Shown: positions 1 through 13,212 of the stretch, piece after piece
How the letters are laid out: the number at the start of each line of letters is the position of its first letter
How positions within the stretch are numbered: position 1 is the stretch's first letter
Assembly: GCF_006345805.1 (NCBI RefSeq)
Contig: NC_043006.1
Location: forward strand, 47,182,001 to 47,246,000
Source of the DNA: Octopus sinensis
Taxonomy: Eukaryota
Length of the DNA: 64,000 nt
Reading direction: 5' to 3'
Notes under the pieces: model-generated
Database searches by the model: none
What the model was told of the DNA's origin: nothing
What the model saw: the letters and a program-made list of their open reading frames with translations, nothing else
Made by a program: the position numbers and the translations under genes

Positions 1-98
1 CGGTAGAAGACACTTGCCCAAGATGCCACGCAGTGGGACTGAACCCGGAACCATGTGGTTGGTTAGCAAGATACTTACCACACAGCCACTCCTGCGCC
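1..98 (-). mobile_element. SINE family A (tRNA-like head + CCTTGGGCAAG CORE-like box), 5' part, cut by window edge
   Basis: Minus strand reads GGCGCAGGAGTGGCTGTGTGGTAAG...CCACATGGTTCCGGGTTCAGTCCCACTGCGTGGCATCTTGGGCAAG (A/B-box-like); many other copies in the window. Confidence 0.85.
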
Positions 99-131
99 TA
101 TATATACGTATATATATGTATATGTATATTG

Positions 132-177
<46 letters not shown>

Positions 178-201
178 TAATATATATATGTGTATATATA
201 T

Positions 202-614
202 ACTCTCTTACTCTTTTACTCTTTTACTTGTTTCAGTCATTTGGCAGCGGCGATGCTTGAGCACCGCCTTTAGTCGAGCAAATCGACCCGGGACTTATTC
301 TTTGTAAGCCCAGTACTTATCCTATCATCGGTCTCTTTTGCCGAACCGCTAAGTGACGGGGACGTAAACACACACCAGCATCGGTTGTCAAGCAATGCTA
401 GGGGGACAAACCACAGACACACAACACACACACACATACATATATACGTATATACATATATACGACAGGCTTCTTTCAGTTTCCGTCTACCAAATCCACT
501 CACAAGGCATTGGTCGGTAGAAGACCACTTGCCCAAGATGCCACGCAGTGGGACTGAACCCGGAACCATGTGGTTGGTTAGCAAGATACTACCACACACA
601 GCCACTCCTGCGCC
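202..614 (-). mobile_element. SINE family A, near full length, internal (TA)/(CA) microsatellite
   Basis: Head, core, internal microsatellite, 3' tail ...GACTGAAACAAGTAAAAGAGTAAAAGAG. Confidence 0.85.
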
Positions 615-721
615 TATATATACGTATATATATGTATATGTATATTGTATATCATATATATATATATATATATATTTATTATATATTATCCTATCTATCT
701 CTCTCTCGCTCCTATCTCATA

Positions 722-780
<59 letters not shown>

Positions 781-1841
781 AATGCGAAGACGAGAGAGAG
801 GTAGTGAGAAAGACACAGAGAGAGTGAGAGAGAGGGTGAGGACAATACTTTCGTAACGCAATTTTATTAAATAAGCATATGAACTCAGTCTTATTCATAT
901 GTATCTCTTGTTCTAGTTATCTTTAAAACTATCGCTTCATCTTTTTCTTGTCCTTCAATAAATTCTCTATCCTTTCGTCACACGCTACACACACACACAC
1001 ACACACATATTTGTACACATGTGTAGCTGAGTACAGATATGTGTGTGTGATTTTTACACTTGTCATGGTATAATTTTACATGCCTACATATAAAATGTTT
1101 TAAACTATAAATTAAACATAATTTCAGTAAGGGCTCATAGTAAATCTGTCAGAATAAATGGATGAGATTTTTGATGGCTCTAGTAAACTCATCGACTTCT
1201 ACGGGAAAACCTCGTCACTAAATATATTGGGGGCGCCGTTGCTGTAGTACAGGAATCTCATTTTAACTCAAAGGCATTCATTCCGTTAGATCACTTTCAT
1301 TATCATAATCAAATGCAGAATGTTCTAGTAATCAAATCGTGTGAATAGTCTATAAGCTAATGTTTCAATGTCCACAATTGTCCTCTGAAATATATCTCTG
1401 TATTTCTATAGATCAAAATTATTATCTTAGTTTTACAAATCTAAGCAAATATGATATGCGAATATTTACATAATCAGTGAGCATTGCAATGGTTATTTGG
1501 TCAATGATGCTGGAGCATAGAACTATATTAACACATCTAATATGGCTGCGCATGCTGGATTGGTTTGCTAACACAAATTCATGATGGCTGGTTTGCTACC
1601 GTTGGTCCCTCAGTGAGTCATATGAGGCCAGTACCTTCTCTTGCAAGCCGCAATACTGTCAATGCACTCTGAGTGAAAATTGTTACATATAAATGGTGTT
1701 CAAGCACAAACGTTATGTGCACGTGAGCGTGTGTACACACAACACACACACAACACACACGCACACACACACACGCACACACACACACATATATATATAT
1801 ATATGTATATATATATATGTATATATATATGTATATATATA

Positions 1842-2134
1842 TCACGTGACCACGTGACCGACCAGACCATCAGATGTTGTTACACATCGCTGGTCACAAT
1901 GCGTTCGCATTGTTTTAGCTTTCGAATGACGCCACCCCGCTGGCTAAGCGAGCAGGCCAACAGAAGAAAGAGTGGTGAAAGAGTACAGCAGGGATCACCA
2001 TCCCCTGCGGAGCCTCGTGGATCCTTTTTAGGTGTTTTCGCTCAATAAACACTCACAACGCCCGGTCTGGGAATCGAAACCGCGATCCTGCGACCGCGAG
2101 TTACGCTGCCCAAACCACTGGGCCATTGCGCCTC
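1842..2134 (-). mobile_element. SINE family C (tRNA-Arg-like head), tail type 1
   Basis: Minus strand GAGGCGCAATGGCCCAGTGGTTTGGGCAGCG...GGTTTCGATTCCCAGACC; homologous to 8704-9004. Confidence 0.85.
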
Positions 2135-2137
2135 ACA

Positions 2138-2141
2138 TGTA

Positions 2142-2183
<42 letters not shown>

Positions 2184-2214
2184 ATATACATGTATATATA
2201 TATATATATACATG

Positions 2215-2298
<84 letters not shown>

Positions 2299-2308
2299 CA
2301 TATATATG

Positions 2309-2393
<85 letters not shown>

Positions 2394-2404
2394 ATATATA
2401 TGTA

Positions 2405-2457
<53 letters not shown>

Positions 2458-2485
2458 ATATATACATATATACTTATATATTTGT
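2138..2485. repeat. Long imperfect (TA)n microsatellite
   Basis: Direct reading; one of many such tracts. Confidence 0.95.
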
Positions 2486-2813
2486 ATATACACACATATT
2501 GCATTGTGTGAAAGCATCTTCATGAGGGGAGTGTCGGTTTTAAAAATATGAAATATATCATATTACTTGTCACGTCCCTGAAACGGCCCACAGCCCGTCG
2601 ATGTAATTTTAGAATGTTTGTAATATTTTCGTGGTATTTTAGTACGTCTTTTTTAATGCTTTATCATCTCAAAGTTTTATTACAGCAATGTATTGTAACT
2701 TTCAAATCTAAAATTCACTGTGTTTTATGTATCATATCGATATTTATCTATTTAAATGTATTTTCATATTTATATATTTGGAATTTTTATATCAGTTTTA
2801 TGAATGTAGAAGA

Positions 2814-2892
<79 letters not shown>

Positions 2893-3058
2893 TTTGTGTG
2901 TGATTATTAATTATGTCCCTCTAGTTTGCGCTTGCATTGCCTCCATTCAGAATATTAAACGGTATATATAGACAACAAACACATGCATATGTATTTATAC
3001 ATAAATGTGTGTATATGTACGTATAAATATATATATATATATTATGTATGTATATATG

Positions 3059-3115
<57 letters not shown>

Positions 3116-4932
3116 AGCTGTTATAATTTTGTTTTTTATGGGTTAATTGCTTCTCTCTCTCTCTCTCTCTCACTCTCTCTCTCTCTCTCTCTGGGTGATC
3201 GAATTTTATACTATGTTACTTATTGTGTTTTTGATAGCATGTTGCTGGGTAAGACCGTTAAATTTAATAAACATTTATATCTTAGCTAACCAATTCATTG
3301 TTTCTTTGGGTTCCGCAAACCTCTAGAAATTGAAAGTTCCTTGAATATTGCTAAGAGATTTTGCGTATCACAACAGGAAACACTAGGGTCCCAGTTCTAA
3401 ATGAATGCCCGAGAAATGATATAACAAACGGAAGAATGACTAAGGAGTCAAAATGCGTAGTGCTTATTTAGAGGTTACAAACTTGACGGGCCTAACTTGT
3501 GACGCGAAAACGCCATTTAGGCAAATATCACTGGACATAATAAACTTTTATTTATTCGTCGTAAACGTATTTCTCAAATACAGTTTTACTACTTTCTTCT
3601 GTAGGAATGTGTCAAGATGCATTTTTGTAAAACTGTGTAGCAATGGTCTAGGTGCTATAAACCTGTAACAGTAAAAAGTAATGGGCATCTACGATATCAG
3701 TAAAACTGCCGCAAGAGACACATGCATAAAAAGGTATATAATTTATATGCTTATCAAATTAGTATCCTACATTCCAAAGGAATGCGTACGTACGTGCCTT
3801 TATGTAGGTTTGTATCTGTGCATACGTATACCGAATCACGTCCCGGATTTAGCGTTTCATGGAAAATCTAGTCCCTATAAAAACGCGCACAGACTCACTT
3901 ATATTAGCATATATGCGTGTGCATGTGTGTCTGTGAATGTGCCTGTGTGTTGTGTGCTGCGTGTGTAAATGTACAAACACACACATAAATGTGTCTATGT
4001 GTGTGCGAATATATGTATGTATATATATATATATATTATATATATATATATATATATATGTATATAATATTTATATTATATGTATCTGTTTATAAGCGTT
4101 TATCTTTTTGTGTACGTGAACTTGTGTGTTTGTATGTCTTGGTATGTGTATGGGAGAAATTTAACGCGTACAGTTACGTTAAATATACTCAATATTATTT
4201 TATAGGATGTAGTTTTCAAATTCATTGCACTTGACCTATGGTTCAAATACGTTTCATTTCAAATATATATTCATTCAACTACACACGCACTGAGAGTTTT
4301 ACTAAATATTTCAACACATTTATTCTCATTGTATTTTTAGTATAAGATTATTTTTATGCATTAAAACATTAAAAATTATTAATCAATGTATGATAATAAA
4401 AAAAAGTATCGCATTATCCCGAACAAAATTGTAGTCATGCAACTCTATACATGTGAATACATACATAATATATAACATAGAAATTCGCACATGCGCTGAC
4501 TTCAAATACTGTACATATTCACACATATATGCATAAATACACAGTTGATATTGAAATTCCAATGAAGGAGCCTTGGATTTTGGTTAGAAAACACATCTTT
4601 CTCTTTTGGCAAGTACATTTGAAGTAAAACTGTATAAGGATAAACGTATATACATACAAGTTGAGATAGAAAAGGGATTTTAGATCACAAGAGATCAATA
4701 AAAGATCGGTTAAGTAATGTTCTTAATGACTGTGAGGTATGCTGGAATTCTCCTAGAAAAGTTGTAAGTTAAGTCCCAATTATTTATATTAGGTAGTAGA
4801 TAAAGGTAATACCATAGGCTAAATCCAAAGCTGGATGAGAAGGATGTGTATATATGCGCATATAGTGCGTTATCCTCCAAGCACTCCGTGCCCAGCTTTT
4901 TAATTGCACACATTGTGTGAGCCGGCTCACAC

Positions 4933-5715
4933 AATTCTTCTCTACTCTAGATACAAGGCCTGAAATTTTGGAGAAGGGGGCAGTCGATTAGATCGACCCC
5001 AGTACGCAACTGGTACTTGATTTATCGACCCCGAAAGGATGAAAGGCAAGGTCGACCTTGGCGGAATTTGGAATCAGAACGTAAAGATAGACGAAATGCG
5101 GCTAAGAATTTCGCCCAGCGTGCTAACGTTTCTTATTTCTTTATTATCCACAAGGGGATAAAAATAGAGGAGACAAACAAGGACAGACAAAGGGATTAAG
5201 TCGATCATATCGACCCCAGTGCGAAACTGGTACTTAATTTATCGACCCCGAAAAGATGAAAGCCAAAGTCAACCTCGTCGTAATCAGAACGTAACGGCAG
5301 ACGAAATACCCATTTCTTTACTACCCACAAAGGGCTAAAGACAGAGAGGACAAACAAGGACAGACAAAGGGATTAAGTCGATTATATCGACCCCAGTGCG
5401 TAACTGGTACTTATTTAATCGACTCCGAAAGGATGAAAGACAAAGTCGACATTGGCAGTATGTGAATTCAGAACGTAAAGTCAGACGAAATACCCATTTC
5501 TTTACTACCCACAAGGGACTAAACACATAGAGGACAGACTAACGGATTAAGTCGATTAACTAAGTAACAGTGCGTAACTGGTACTTATTTAATCGACCCC
5601 GAAAGGATGAATGGCAATGTCGACCTCAGTGGAATTTGAACTCAGAACGTAGCAGCAGACGAAATACGGCTACGCATTTCGCTCGGCGGGCTAACGTTTC
5701 TACCAGCTCGTCGCC
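4933..5715 (-). mobile_element. Head-to-tail array of four SINE family B units (core GCCTTTCATCCTTTCGGGGTCGATAAATTAAGTACCAG, Meta-SINE-like)
   Basis: Four copies of the core; three beta tails and one alpha tail; junctions near 5132, 5309, 5493. The Meta-SINE label is from memory. Confidence 0.85.
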
Positions 5716-7330
5716 TTAACAGGCTCACAGTATTAACGTCTAAAATCGTATGACTAAAGAATGTGAATTTACGAAAGTGTACAAACTACTTTTTAAGAGG
5801 AGTTGTTGATATAACAATATCTAGACATAAACTCATAAGATTTCCACTACCGACAATTATCATGACAGTTGTAAAAACGCTTGGTGTATGTAGAAACATC
5901 GTCGGAATTTAAGAGTATTAACAACATAATGAAATCTTAATGTCTCTCTTAAAGTGGATGTTGTGTTAGAACACAGAATACTGCGTTATTTCCCATGAGA
6001 GGACCTCTCGTATGGACTGGTGGTGCACATAAGCACTCTTTTTTGTATTGACGACGGGTGATAATCCTCCGCAATGGAAGCCGAACCCACCAGATTTTAT
6101 TACTCCGCCCTCCCGTGGGCTTCTTAATGGCAAACGTCTGTGGATATACACTGGAGATAAACATTACCTTTTGATATTAATACTGCTGCTGTCGCTAATA
6201 GTTGTCTTTTGGTAAGCTCACTGGCTATTTGCGAAACCGGTGCCCGAATAAATACTGAGATTGTATATACCACTGACGGGGAATTCGACAACTTTTTCGT
6301 GTTATTTAGAGACGCGCACACGCGTGCGCACGTTGGATGTATTCTTTGTATGGTTTTCTATTAATGTATGTATTTATATTTTGTTTTATATCTTTGTCAT
6401 TTACTTATATATTATTTTATATATGCACCATTTTTGTATACGTTGAGATAAATAGACTTTTGTAAGTCTATTTATCTCAACAGTCATGCTTAATTGCGTA
6501 TTATTTATTTAATTTTTTTATCTTCTCCGCTGGCGACCTGGCGCCGAAATTCCAGTTTTATAGCCTTTTTTTGTTAGATCTCACCTCCTTTGATCTCTTC
6601 ACCCCATCTTACTCTAATGCCGATATCCTTTCTCTTTAAATGAAACGACCTCCTTAAATACACACTTTCCTCCCTGGTATAGATTGCCTGCTGATAATAA
6701 TTTTTCATTGGTCAGTTGACTTAGCTTTGTATCCACCCACTGTTCTACTGTGTCCGAAATGACTTAATACTTCACTTCTCTCTTTACGACAATGACTTCT
6801 TAGAACTGCAGCTAATCCAACCTGAAGAAAAACTAAGCTGTTTGTATGTGTTATATGTTTGAGGTGAGATTGCTCAAATTGGTTACAAAACAACATGTAG
6901 TACGGATTTCCTTCTCCTTTCCTTAATGTTATATGAACGTGATATAAACAGTAGCAGTACGGAACCATAACATATATTTGCCAACTAAGCGTGAAGTCCT
7001 ATATAGCAGAGTGCTAGTGATGTTTATAGCACCGGGAAGACATCTCCTCCAGCTGGCTAACATTCTTAGTCCGATTAGTATTTGCAAGGGTAGGTCATCA
7101 CTCCCATCTCTAACTTTACGTGGCCATAGCTCCCATTTCTAGTCCTACGTGGTTAGCCGTCCTCAGCGTGTGTTAATTAATATAAACTGCCATGCACAAT
7201 GCGATGCCATTAAAGAAAAGTATGATTGTCACTAAATGCGTCTAAGGTTGTAAAGGCACCTACATTGCTGCAATCGCCCAAAACACCGACTCGAGAATTG
7301 ATTGTGCACACACACACACGCATACAGGAA

Positions 7331-7375
<45 letters not shown>

Positions 7376-7751
7376 AGAGAGAGAGAGAGATACGTACATT
7401 CGTACACCTTAATCGTAAAAATATTCTCAAAGTAACGCTGCCTTGAGTCTCATGCATGGTGCTTGATACGATTAAGTAAGTCTAAGAAATTGTTTATACA
7501 TTTTGAATTACGTTTGTTCTGTAATGCTCCCTAAAAATTGTAATAGGAAAAATCACATGGATGTCTATAGTAAAACCTGACCCTTAATAGAAGAGTGGAT
7601 GACGATACAAAAAGGTAAATATGAAACTTACACGCATGATATAAATGCGAATAGGCATATTCACACGCATATAAAGTTTGATATATGTATAAAATACATA
7701 CATGTATGCATACATACATACATACATACATACATACATACATACATACAA

Positions 7752-8609
7752 ATTGGGTCATCCCATATTTAATAATGCTGATTTTTAGATACTTTTATTT
7801 TTCAAAATTACGATAAACAAATTTCGATTGTTATCTCAAATATACTCTCCTTCAATTTTTACAATGATCTCCCATCTGTCTATTAGACTTCCAATGCACC
7901 CTATCAAAAGTTCAGTTGTCCGTGACGAAAAATATTCCCCAAGCACTGTTCTGACCTCGTCTACATAATTCAAATTTTTCCCGTCCAAATGATTTGGGAG
8001 ACTGCGGAATAAATGATAATCAGACGGAGCAATGTCCGGCGAACATGTTGGGTGAAGCATCGTTTCCCATTGAAACTCAAACTGCCTCACCCTTTGGAAT
8101 GTCATCTTCACTGCATGTGAAACCAAAGATGGTCACTTTTCTTCTACCGCTGACTTTGAATGACTGGATTGATGACCAAATCCAAGCTTCTCTGCTGGTT
8201 CTTCAAACTGTTACGATGAGATTTTGTTCCAACAGGGATTGCAGGACGTCATCGTCGAGCCCTACAGATATTCCAGATGTGGCTCGTCTTCCGGCTCGGA
8301 ATTTCTGAAACCACAGATAACAATGGCTTATGCTTATTGTCCGACCCCTTTCCGTTCAGTTGTTTCACTCCCTTGTGTTGTTGCCTCGCAAAGCAAAATA
8401 TGCTCAATATGCACCTGTGTCACTTCCATTATTGCTTTGAAAAAATGATTGTTAAAATCGAACTGCGCCCTTCAAAACTTGCAGTAAGAATAAGTACATT
8501 GAAAATTTATAGCCTGCTTTTATAACAAGTTGGATGCAGATAGTTTATCTCGTCCCTATCCAACTTTTAGTTCATGCTGTTGAAAAAACGCATTATTTAT
8601 GTGATGACA

Positions 8610-8612
<3 letters not shown>
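7752..8612 (-). mobile_element. Internally deleted mariner (Tc1/mariner) transposon
   Basis: Imperfect TIRs TTGGGTCATCCCATATTTAATAATGC / rc GTGTCATCACATAAATAATGCG; ORF 7836-8126 has HPTCSPDIAPSDYHLF (mariner YSPDLAPxD motif); N-terminal remnant with WFQKFRAG near 8300. Confidence 0.85.
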
Positions 8613-8654
<42 letters not shown>

Positions 8655-8703
8655 CATATATATATATATATGTGTGTGTATGTGTGTGTGTGTGTGTGTG
8701 TGT

Positions 8704-9004
8704 GGAGGCGCAATGGCCTAGTGGTTAGGGCAGCGGACTCGCGGTTGTAGGATCGCGGTTTCGATTCCCACACCGGACGTTGTGAGTGTTTATTGAGCGA
8801 AAACACCTAAAGCTCCACGAGGTTCCAGCAGAGGGTGGTGGCGTTCCCTGCTGTACTCTTTCGCCACAACTTTCTCTCACTCTCTCTTCTGTTGGCCTGC
8901 ACGCTTAGCCAGCGGGGTGGCGTCACTTGAAGGCTAAAACAATGCAAAGCGCATTGTGACCAGCGATGTGTAGCAACATCTGATTGCCTGGTCGGTGACG
9001 GTGA
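8704..9004 (+). mobile_element. SINE family C, tail type 1
   Basis: GGAGGCGCAATGGCCTAGTGGTTAGGGCAGCGGACTCGCGG...GGTTTCGATTCC; loop CTCGCGG is compatible with Arg(TCG). Confidence 0.85.
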
Positions 9005-9010
9005 TATATA

Positions 9011-9047
<37 letters not shown>

Positions 9048-9051
<4 letters not shown>

Positions 9052-9717
9052 ACTAAAAATAAGGGTGTCTGAGAGACACCACCATGCCGAAATAGCAGCC
9101 AAAATCCTGACTCTAAGAACCACGTTAAATGTTCTTATTTTTAGTTGTAAAAAAATTATTACCTTTGTATGGTATTTTTCCCATGCTGGCCACTTGATAA
9201 TACCGATATTTAAATATCGATATTATCTTTATTTATAAATTTATAAAATTCGTCACTATATTCACTGCGGTGTTTATTTTGATCATATCGTGCTTATGGG
9301 GTGTTATTAGCGGGCAATTTAACTGGCCTTGTACATACGTGCATATATATGTATGTATGGACGTTCGTATATGTAAGTATAACGTTTGTTCTGCATATAT
9401 TTATTTGTATTTATGTGCCCATCTGATATATTCAACTGACGAGGCAAAGCTTATTTAAAGCAAAGCTAGAAATCCAGGATCTTGAATTATTCAGTAATAT
9501 TTTTTGCTAGTCTATTTTGTCCCTCTGTCTTATCTCATGGTGTGATATGAACATTTAACGTGGTTCTTAGAGTCAGGGTTTTGACTGCTATTTCGGCATG
9601 GTGGTGTCTCTCAGACACCCTTATTTTTAGTCGTAAAAAAAGTATTACCTTTGTATGGTAGTTTTCCCATGCTGGCCACTTGATAATATCGATATTTAAA
9701 TATCGATATTATCCTTA
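9048..9717. repeat. Unclassified repeat: ~87-bp inverted repeat plus ~95-bp direct repeat containing a 32-bp palindrome
   Basis: 9048-9134 is the near-perfect reverse complement of 9549-9634; 9134-9230 is a direct repeat of 9619-9717. Confidence 0.8.
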
Positions 9718-9742
9718 TTGATATATATATATTATATATATA

Positions 9743-9845
<103 letters not shown>

Positions 9846-10780
9846 ATACGTCGTATACATAGATGTTTATCTGTTTGTCTATATACCTACATATATATAC
9901 GCATGCAAAGGGGTGATGAACGTTCATTTAATAACACGTTCATTCATCTTCCTGTTTACGAAATGTGGACATGAATCAACGCTAAACGTGTTCACGTATT
10001 TGAAAAGTGCAGAATCAGTCTTTGTGCATATGTGCCAGCTACGCGTTTCAAAATGTATATTAAAGTAGCTATTCATCAACATGTATCTCAATCTATATCC
10101 CTGCGACTATGTATGTGTGCGTGTGTATACACACATACACGCGCTCACACACGCACACAAGAACGCACGAACACACAAAATGTAACACTTCTAATATATA
10201 TATAATATATATGACTGGGCGACGAATATTACACGAGAAATCGAATGTATTCTGCTCGACCACCAATTTGTTAGCTATGAATAATAATCGATTCAATTAT
10301 TGAGCCATTGAAAAATCTATTATATTCTCAAATATCTATTCTAGATCTCTATCGCAGAAACCTTTCTCTGATTCTTCAGACATTGACCTCAAGCACATTC
10401 AACGAATTCATATTTATAATCATGGTTCTTTCATCAATAAAGCTTAATATCTTTACTTATGTTACAATAGATACATCTATAAAATATGTCGTCAAGCGAA
10501 TGTACAACTTTGAATGGTTCGGCTTAATATTTCGTTTTATTAGATTTGCAACATTAAGGATTTTCATAATTTTTAAGAAAATTGCATAACTTTGTTATAC
10601 TTATTGTCTTAAAATGGAAGTAAACTTAGTAATGTTTCAATTAGATCTTACTTTTATACACTCCTATACATATATTCTAATGCAGACGTGCTATGTAATA
10701 AGACGTACGATCGCACTTATATGTATGAAGATGTCTGTGTGAAGATACACCATTTTTAAGCCAGTCATGTGTGTGTGTGT

Positions 10781-10825
<45 letters not shown>

Positions 10826-11139
10826 TTGTGTGTGTTTGTGTGCTTTATATCCAACGTAGCGATATATATCCAATACACTGGTGATTTCGATCGAAAACTA
10901 TTCATGATATTTCTTCCGACGGAATTGCAGAGCAAAGTTTTGGCATATTTACAATGCGAAAACTCTGACTGGAATGCTGAAAATATATAAGCAACCTGGT
11001 TAAAATTTCCCTTTGGAACGACAAGGTTCTCAATCTACTCCCGCGTTATGACATCATCGGAAACTTTCTGCTATCTTTACTATAATCACGAAGCTACCAA
11101 CGCCTTGTGAGTGAAATTGGGAGGCGAAAAGGATATGGA

Positions 11140-11140
11140 G

Positions 11141-11232
<92 letters not shown>
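11140..11232. repeat. (TCTA)n microsatellite, continuing after the transposon at 12055-12190
   Basis: Direct reading. Confidence 0.95.
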
Positions 11233-12054
11233 CAGTCAACTCTCGCTGCTATGCCACCTCGCTACTATGCCACTCTCGATACTATGCCAGTTTTGCGCGG
11301 TCCTGGCCAAATAATAAACAAAACATTTTTACTATGCCACCCTCAACTCTCGCTACTATGCCACTTGTAAACTGAAGCGCAGGCAACTTTTCGAAATTTT
11401 GTACTCCTACATTTTGTACATTTCATATTTGTAATCTTGTGGAAAAGTTCAGAAAGTAGCACACAATGTCAGCTCAGAAACGCAAGCGGACTGAGTTTAC
11501 GCTGAAGGAAAAGAAGGAGATTATCGATGCTGCGAAAAACGCTATTGTCGGGCCCCTCGTATCATTAGTAATATCTGATACAAGTTACCGCCCCTTGTAT
11601 TGTCCGACATGTTTCACTCTAGAAGAAATAGCAAAGGAGGTAATGCATAACGAAGAGCCGGTGGAAAATGAAGACGACGAGGTAATTGTAGAAGAGGAAT
11701 ACGTTTCGTTTGCAGATGCCCAGAGAGCATGGAGCACTATCCGAAAGTTTATGCAGCAGCAGAGCAGCGGAAAACCCAGCGTCATGCAGGCGTGTGATAT
11801 GCTAGACAACGAAATGAATGAAATCCGCCGAAAGAAGATGTGTCAGCCGACAATTTTTGAGAGCTTCGGGATTAACTTGGATGTCTTCTTTTTACCATTG
11901 CTTTAAACTTCTTATTGGCCTTACTTCCTACCCTATGAACTTTTATTCGTATGTTCAGTAAATTTTTGGTTATGTAGTGTTTAGATAACAGACCCTCGGT
12001 ACTATGCCACTTTGGCTCAGTCGCGCAGGGTGGCATAGTAGCGAGAGTTGACTG
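11233..12054 (+). mobile_element. Internally deleted pogo/Tigger-like DNA transposon
   Basis: TIRs CAGTCAACTCTCGCT(G/A)CTATGCCAC at both ends; TA on both flanks; ORF 11466-11906 joins a CENP-B-like start (MSAQKRKRTEFTLKEKKEIIDA) to an acidic pogo-like C-terminus; no DDE domain. Confidence 0.8.
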
Positions 12055-12121
12055 TATCTATCTATCTGTCTGTCTGTCTGTCTGTCAGCTTGTCTGTCTG
12101 TCTATCAATCTACCTACCTAC

Positions 12122-12188
<67 letters not shown>

Positions 12189-12325
12189 ATTAGCTAGCTA
12201 GCTAGCTAGCTAGCTATCTGGCCGTCTGTATGTCTGCTTGTCTGTCTGCCTGTCAGTCCGTATGTCTGTGTCTCTTTGTTTATCTATCTATCATTCTAGA
12301 TGTATTAATGCGCTTGTGTGTATCC

Positions 12326-12382
<57 letters not shown>

Positions 12383-12396
12383 GTGTGTGTGTGTGT

Positions 12397-12433
<37 letters not shown>

Positions 12434-13212
12434 CCGCGCGTGTGTGTGTGTGTGTGTGTTTGGTTTACAGATAATTGACTAAATCTAAATACACCAGAGA
12501 ACAAGTTGAGTTGTTTTCTTTCCTGGGTGTGTTACATATTTATCCCAAGATTAGTTTACTGTATAACCTGGTGTTCATTATTCTCACCCGCAACAAATAC
12601 GGCTTCAGGAAGTCATACAGTAGAGCACCACGATATATTCTCTAAGCAAAGTGCGTCACTTGTTGGACCCTTATTTAAGGCTTGTGTCACTGCATATTTA
12701 CTTTTAGTAGCAGCTACCTCGTAAGATGCGGTAAGTGTCCGTTGCTTTGAAATGTTTGTGACCGCTGTTGCTGCTGCTAATCAAGTGCAACGACGTTCAA
12801 GGCTCCTGTGAATTCTTACTCTTGTTACTTCGCATGTATTGTGAAATTCTACACTTTTCGGCCGTTCTGAATTTACACTATTTGATTTGTAATCGTTTTT
12901 TCTTGTGGTATGTAGTTATTGAAGGTTTAGCTCGCTTCTTCATATTAAGAAATATTGTAATGAAAATTAGTCCAGAGTTACGTTGCGGTTTTAGTACGGG
13001 TGAAACCGGAAACACTATACAAGATCCTTGTTCTCACTGAGCCGCCAAACCGGGCAGGTCTCAAGTTCATGGTGGAAGGCATGAAGCCTCTTGTAATAAA
13101 CTCATGGGTATATCTTCCATTTGAAAGCCCTCTGTCCACGCAATAAATGAGACACAAAAGAAGGCCTGCACTGCTATCAGCTCTACAAACATAGTGACAG
13201 CAAAAACACCAT

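Noticed and set aside
2126-2523. Numerous YI-, CV/HT- and LSIY-repeat ORFs here and throughout the track
   Set aside because: They are translations of (TA)n, (CA)n and (TATC)n microsatellites, which lack stops in some frames
4933-5715. Regularly repeated units that could suggest a CRISPR-like array
   Set aside because: Eukaryotic context; the units are SINE copies with no unique spacers and no cas genes
5949-6330. Short motifs reminiscent of hemopexin (GKRLWIYTG) and vWA (IVYTTDGE)
   Set aside because: They lie in different frames, are short, and lack supporting exon boundaries; likely chance
8704-8780. tRNA-like sequences (also 22867-22927, 34128, 48091)
   Set aside because: No complete cloverleaf acceptor stem; they continue into SINE bodies, so they are SINE heads rather than tRNA genes
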